A stretch of 59,601 bases of DNA, the filler included. It is 6 parts of 6 records of this genome, joined end to end, with 100 filler letters (N's around TTAATTAATTAA, not from the genome) between each part and the next. Parts side by side here need not be neighbours in the genome. Positions count along the whole stretch, not along the records: positions 51,134 to 59,601 come from SRR2962707_596; 5 more parts are not named here. One strand, written 5' to 3'. The translations under genes and the position numbers were made by a program. The first letter of the stretch is position 1. Every line of letters starts with the position of its first letter. The notes under the pieces were generated by a model. The model did not search any database. It saw only the letters and a list, made by a program, of their open reading frames with translations, and was not told the origin of the DNA. Below, piece after piece: positions 53,436-59,601 of this stretch.

Positions 53436-56400
53436 CTAGTATAGACCCTGTGATGCTGCAATCTTGTACACATCGACAACATTGTAGCAAGGGGAAAATA
53501 CGGTGCCGGCGGCGCACAAATCTGCAAAAGTGGTTTTTGAGTCCGGGGAGCCGCTTCCGTGAGGGAACACTGGAAGGCCCCTTGCTATGTGTCGCTCCAG
53601 CAGCCGAGCCAGTTCAAGTTTGCCAACGGCTGCGATCCCTGTTGGCACGTAACGTGGTTTTGGTGGTCGACTGAGCACCACAATGGCCCGGTGGATCCCA
53701 ACGCAATAGCGAGGATCTACATCATCGGAGTGGCGTGTGTGGGCGCACCACGTCAGCACAAGGTCCAACGGATCGAGCCACAAACCCTGTTCAGCTTGCT
53801 CTTGGCAACTCCACAGCTGGAAGTACAACCTGCGCAACGCATCGGCGTCATCCGGATTCATGTCTGACTCAAACCAGAGCCGATGATCGGCTGCGGCTAC
53901 ACTAGCCAAATCCACGAATTCGTCATACGAGAGTCTGGTCCGGCGGGCCTCGACATGAACACCAATGGCGTACTTTTGCCCCAACCCTCCTTCTTTGCGC
54001 AGAGGTGCATCCCACTGAGCCTCGATTGCTTCGGAAATCCGCTGCTCATGAGACACCGGTCGAAGGAAAGTGTCAGGGACACGTCTTTCAAAGTGCACAG
54101 GTGAGCTGTACTCGACGTCACGGGGCGAAAAGTACGCAACATCATAACTGCCGTCATCAGTATGGAAAGCATCAACACGGGCTCTGTGCCACGGTGAGCT
54201 TGCCCCGTGCAACGCAGTTCGGGTTTCGAGGAGTTCTGTCACAGTTGGCGCTCGTTGCACCACTCCACCAGAAAGGAGAGCTGCATGCACAAATTCTCGC
54301 CAATCGATGAGCACATCGTCAACATGCTGAGCATCGGGTGTAAATTTGCACAACGCAGTGGCAATGGCCTCAGCAGTTGCAGTTGAGACCGACTCGTCGG
54401 TTTGCTCTGGGATCCAGTGCTCACGCAACACCTTGCAAAATTCGACCTTCTCCAGCATAAAAGGCCTTCCAAGCCGAGTATCCGGAGCGGCAAACCCACG
54501 TGCCTGGCATTCCAGGCCGGCAGCAAAGATTGCATCAATGGAAAATATTGTGCCAGGGCGCTCCGGAAGTTTCCGTTGTAGAACGGCGCAGTCTAGTTCT
54601 TCTGCTGCCTTTGCGACACGAGTTGCTTGTTGTGCTGCCGCCGCAGCATCCTCTTTCTGTGCGGCTGCGCGCAACGAGCTCGCCGTGCGATGTGCTGCCG
54701 TAGTTTGTAGAACTCGTGACGACGACTGGTTGCTGGCACGCCAAGCTACAACAGACTCTCCAGCGTACGCCAACTCGTCAAGCACTTTCGTCATGTGGGA
54801 AAGACGAGAGTCCTCCAACGTTAGCAGTGCCGCAATACGGTCATGCATAGACGTAACTAGACCTTCCGCAAGACCAAGACATTCCCTTTCCAGTGCTTCA
54901 AAACGATCGACGACTTGGTGGGCAAGCTTGCGGGCATGTAATGCCTCGCATAGTTTCACATTGCGAACAAGTGGGGGGATTTCGTTGACACTGGCGTGTT
55001 CAATTCCTTGACTATGCTCGGCAGAACTACTACTTCCTTCGCCAAGCGTCACTGCTGTACCTGAGGAGGCCATCGCTGTGGTAGAGGTCACCAGGGTTGC
55101 GAGTTCTCGCTTCACAGCCGATCGCTCGGCTTCAGCTCGTAATCTTGTCAACGCGCGTTCTGACTGTGTTTTAAAGTCGAAGCTTTCGGCGCTTGATATC
55201 CTTTCGTCAGCTCCAACACCTTCAGCTTTGCCAATGCCATCTTGACCATGCGGGAGCTGTGCAACGGCCCGTCGCACGTCTGCGGCACCGAGCTCCGCAA
55301 GCTCTGCTGGGAAGTGGTTTGCAGCCTCTACTTCCGACAACGCTTGATCTAATACTGACCGCCGAATCTCAAATGCGTGTGCTTCAGCAGCCACCTGTGA
55401 AAGGACAAGCAAAATTTCACACCCATAACGTTTTTTTAGTCGTGGAAACGCTCCACCACTTAGAAACAGCCTCACACAAGGCAATATGTGGCCGTGCAAA
55501 ATGCATAAAGGGAAGATGCAACAGAAGCAAGCAAATGTGGCTTTCAATCGAACGTACCATCCCAGCAAACGCTTTGTCAAGCTGAGGTTGCACCGATCGT
55601 GCCCACTCAGCGTCGATGTGCCCTTGTTGCTGCGACAGCAAGCGCTCCATGTCGCCTTGCTTGTGCTGCACGCGGTCAAAAAAATCCTCCTGCAGCTGGG
55701 AGAATGGTTCAGCACCGTCGTATTGGTCGAAGTCTCGCACGACTTGACGAAACACCTGTGCAGCTTCCTCAGCTGTCCATACAGGTTCGTTTAATGTTCG
55801 CGCAAATTGCCGCTCAGCAGACTTGAGCCGCATTTGGAAGGACGTGCGAAGCTCACGCACAATTTCCAGCTTCTGTTCGATCTCTTGCGAGCAGACTTGA
55901 CCAGCTGCTGCCCACATCTGCAACAGGTTGGATGCCTTCACAGCCAACATCGCTTGAGCTTCATCGTGAGGGATTGGTCCGTCATGAGTCTGGCCTTGAT
56001 TGCTGTCGTGGTTCGCCTGGTTTGTTCCTTCACCATAATTCTCATCACGCATTGCTGCATTGCTGTCGTCGGGAGCCGGTTCATCCGAATGATGGTTTTT
56101 GTTACGCACCAGCTTCTGCAGCTTCACAGCCGCGCGTTGCTGCTCATCCACAGCTGCACGAGCTGCAGTGCGTGCCAACACAGCTCGATAGTATGCCCGT
56201 GCAGTGCGTCCATCGTTGCCTTCATCAGCAAATAAAAGCCGGAATTGACAACGAGCTGAATAGTTGTCCAAAAACAGCTCGAGCCTTTGCAAGTCCCCAG
56301 CTGCACCACTGAGTTGCAAATCTACGTTCTCTTGAGATTCAGGTTTACGCGTCTCAAAATCAGCCGAGTTGGCACCGCCTTGTCCTGCAGCAGCGACTGC

Positions 56401-59400
56401 ATCGTCCACTGCTGCCTGCGTTGTGACTGCCTCCGCCACGGCCGCGTCCGCTGCTGCTGCTGCTGCCGCTGCTGCCGCCGCAGCTTCAGCTTCCGAATCG
56501 GGAAGCTGCTGTGCTGCAGCTTCTACAGTGATCACAGCGGCCCCGCCACGGCGCCATTGCCACAGGTCATCCACTGCGGAAACATAAGAAGCAACTCGAG
56601 CAGATGTGTCGTACACAACTTCACCCGATCCTTCTGGAGGTTGTCCATCAATGGCTCCTTTCTTGCCACCCGGCTTGGCTGGGTAGTGAACCACGGCTCC
56701 AGTCAGTGGGTGGTGGTGCAACTTGCGCGCGCTCAGTTGTGTTGCCCTCTCCTTGGCCGTCTCTGCAAGAATTTTGGCCGCTTCATCCGCGGACTTTTTT
56801 GCGGCTGTAACTTTTGCTGCTGCAGCTTGTTGGGCTGCCTTGTCTTCAAATTCACGTGGCACGGGGTGACCACTTGGAACGTCCGCATCTGGCCCAGCTG
56901 CTTCAAACAGCTCGTGACGCTCGGTCGCTGCGGCCGCTTTTCGCAACTCCGAAGCACGCGCGGCCGTGTCGTCCACCACAGGGTCTCGCAGCACAACAAT
57001 TGCCGGAGCAAGCAAGCGAGCGTCACTATTTCCTACGTCCAACTGAAGGTATGGATTATCCAGACCGGCATTTCCGCTTTGTGCAACAGCATTTGCTTTT
57101 TGAAGGATCTCGTCAAGCGATAGAACGCGCCTCTCCGGCTCCTCTTCATCGGAGACCTCCTCGTCTTCGTTCTCGTCATCGGAAGAATCGCGAGGAGTCT
57201 CTTCACTCAGAAGCACTTTTGGAAGCAAGTGCATGTGAAAGGAGAATATAATAGCTTGGTTCCGGGTGCGAGGGAATCCATCCAGCACGTATGACTGGTG
57301 TGCCAGGCCAGGTGCCTGACCCGAGTTTGCACGTCGTATCATCCATACTAATACTGATGCTACAGAGTCGCTGTCCAACAAAGCACAGTAGTCCACCTTG
57401 CCGCCTTTACTCTTGGGTTGCAAGGCTGCACGGAGCTCCACCAGTGCGTTGTGAGCAAGTTCATCTGCAGTTAGCGGCACAGTTTCGCTATCTGCCGAGC
57501 CTGGATTTGCAGTGGGGTGCTTGATAACAGCTTGCTCGTCGGACATTGCTGCCGCTGCCGCGAGAACACTCTCGGGAGAGAAAAGCGGCGCTCCACGCCG
57601 GCGTGCCATTTCCGTAGCAAGCGTAGTCTTTCCACTAAGTGGTGCGCCGAGTACGCACAGACGCAACGGGAAAGCTGCGTCGATCAAAAAACTAGTTGGA
57701 AATGGGTATGGCTGGGCCAGCATTCGGAGCACCAACAGCAGCTCTTCAGAGGTCTCGGACTCATATCCGCCGACTCGATGCCAGCCTGCCATGCTATTTG
57801 CCTCGAGGTAATTTTCAAGATCTGCACGAGCCACCGGCACCGAAACCTGATCGTCAGGGTCGAGTACCACTTCGCTTGCAGCGACAGTGCTGCCAGAGTT
57901 GCTTGCACCAGAGCGAGTCGGGCTTGCGGTGCTTGAGTCAGAAGCTCGCAGAAGCGCTCGAGTGTCGACAAGTGGCGCAGGAAGAGGGGAGAAGAAATGA
58001 GTCGCTTTAATATCCTCCCACTCTGCAGCAGTCACGCGAACGCTGGCGCTTGAGACGGGTTTGCCAAGCTCAGCGGCAACTTCGGCTCGGCGCCGTGCCA
58101 GTGTCACAGCGCATGTGACGAGCTGTTCTGCGACTTCAAGGCAGAATGTCTGAACACCCCTGCGCTTGATTTCGCTCTTGGTCTTTTTCTGTTGTTGAAG
58201 TTGCTCTTCAAGTGGGCGAATCTCTGCCTCTCGCCGACGAGCTCGCTCCTCTGCAAACTGCGCTCGGTGCTCGAGGTACATGCGCTGCACTTCTTCTTCG
58301 CGAGCGAGCTGCTTGGCCTCGCTGAGCGCCTGCGCAGCAGCTGCTGCATGCTCTTTGCGTCTCGTCTTTTCCCAGTGAGCGTGCGCTACGCGACGTTGTC
58401 GCGCACGTTGCTGCAACAACCGCTGCAGCATCACCTCTTCGTCGCGTTTCGCGTCACTGGTCTGCGCAGACGCAGCCTGCTCAAGGCCCTGACGCCGTTG
58501 CCGGGTCTCCTTTTCCTGCAGCGCCTTTATATCTCGTTGCCTCTGAAGTTTCACTCGCTCAAGCGTGTGAGCGACGTCGTGTGCGATGTCTTCTTGGGCG
58601 GCATCAAACTCTTTTCCAAGGTTGTTGAGATGCGTGGCAATGTCCACCACCTCGTCCCCTTTCTTGCTGTTGTTTCCACTCGGAATGCCTGCTGCCGGGG
58701 CATCGTTCGAGACCAGGCCCAGACGCTTGAGTTGCGTTTCGAACTCGGTGATGCCCGTCGCAACCTGCTTGCTCGCGCTTCGTCGCGCGTGCTGCGCGGA
58801 GTCTTCTTTCCTCTGGACGTACCCGAGCTCGAATGACAGCTGTGTGCGCTCCCGTTGGATCTTGTCCATTTCGGTCTTCCGCCACCGCTCGATCGAGGCA
58901 GCCTTGGCCTGCTTCTTCTCCGACATCTGCTCGCCTAGAGTCCGCCGTCGCTGCTCGCGATGTTGCTGCACACGCTTCTTGTACGCCTCTGCGTCCTCCT
59001 TCTCCAGTGCTGCAATCCGCTTTTCCTGCGCTATTTTGAGCTCCGCGAACTTCTTGTCATGGATGGCCAGCGCTCGCTCCTTCATGGACAACTTTGAAAT
59101 GCTATTGTAGAGCTCTCGCTCGTGGTCCCGAGGCTTCGGCGGGCGGTGCGCGGGCGCTGTGACGTCACGACCTTGCGACTTGACCGGAAGGGCTCTCCCG
59201 TCCGCGAGGGTCTTGAGCTGGAACACAATGCTCGCGGCTGCCCCGGGCTGGGCTGCGATGATCTGCTTGACAGTTTTCTTCGAGCACCGGATCCCGAGTT
59301 GCTTCAGCGCGGGCTGGAGAGCGAGCAGGTTTTTGATGGCCGCCGTGGCGCTGCGGGTGGAGCGCGATAGAGTCTCCAAGTCCACGCATTCGACACGCCC

Positions 59401-59520
59401 ACGGAAGCACTTGTGGAGGACTTCGCCCAGCAGGTAGCCATTCGCGAAGTCAGCCTCGAACTCTACCACACGCTGTGAGAGTGGCAGGCTGTTCACCCAC
59501 TTCGTCAGCAGCGCGGACAT
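53436..59520 (-). CDS. SPEF2: SPEF2/CPC1-like flagellar central-pair protein, two exons (59520-55558, 55394-53436), about 1973 aa
   Basis: N-terminal CH domain (MSALLTKWVN...FANGYLLGEVLHK), coiled coil, adenylate-kinase-like P-loop GAPLSGKTT and LDGFPRT..QA, and C-terminal IDWREF...ELLET...LWF. One 163-nt GT-AG intron. Confidence 0.8.
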
Positions 59521-59554
59521 TCTGTCGCCGTTGCTGCTGCTGCTGGGCAGCCGC

Positions 59555-59601
59555 CACTCACTCACTCACTTACTCACCTACTCACTCACTCACTCACTCA
59601 C
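59555..59601. repeat. (TCAC)n/(GTGA)n microsatellite just upstream of SPEF2
   Basis: CACTCACTCACTCACTTACTCACCTACTCACTCACTCACTCACAC-like tract. Confidence 0.9.

Overview
The window is not one locus. It is six contigs joined by 100-nt artificial spacers (N44-TTAATTAATTAA-N44). Contig 1 (1-11017) is gammaproteobacterial, Marinobacter-like by inference. It carries a Na+/solute symporter with its small membrane partner, a DEDDh exonuclease and a cNMP-CBS-nucleotidyltransferase (DUF294), then smrA, a Mo-hydroxylase pair, mtnBDC, DUF3080 and a partial GspE-type ATPase. Contig 2 (11118-30232) is Rhizobiales-type housekeeping DNA: the acs 3' end, an unannotated sORF/sRNA unit, a thermonuclease, DUF1674, htpX, rsmB, a heparinase-like gene, purH, an MFS transporter, the large NAD-GDH, an AhpD-like gene, pdxY, DUF429, a beta carbonic anhydrase, a lytic transglycosylase and the asd 3' end. 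Contigs 3-6 (30333-59601) come from an intron-containing flagellated eukaryote, probably a stramenopile (inference). They encode an NCoR/POWERDRESS-like SANT protein, a coiled-coil protein, a WW-motor-MyTH4-SH3 (class IV-like) myosin, an unknown multi-exon gene, a FAM185A-like gene and SPEF2/CPC1. The best leads are: (1) the nucleotidyltransferase/exonuclease/transporter module; (2) an NCoR-like corepressor fused to an RNA-binding zinc finger, RD repeats and four GWG repeats; (3) a stand-alone 21-codon ORF with a near-perfect Shine-Dalgarno and a structured 3' RNA; (4) an apparently circularly permuted Tudor-like insert in SPEF2. All calls rest on motifs recognised by eye. No database searches were run.
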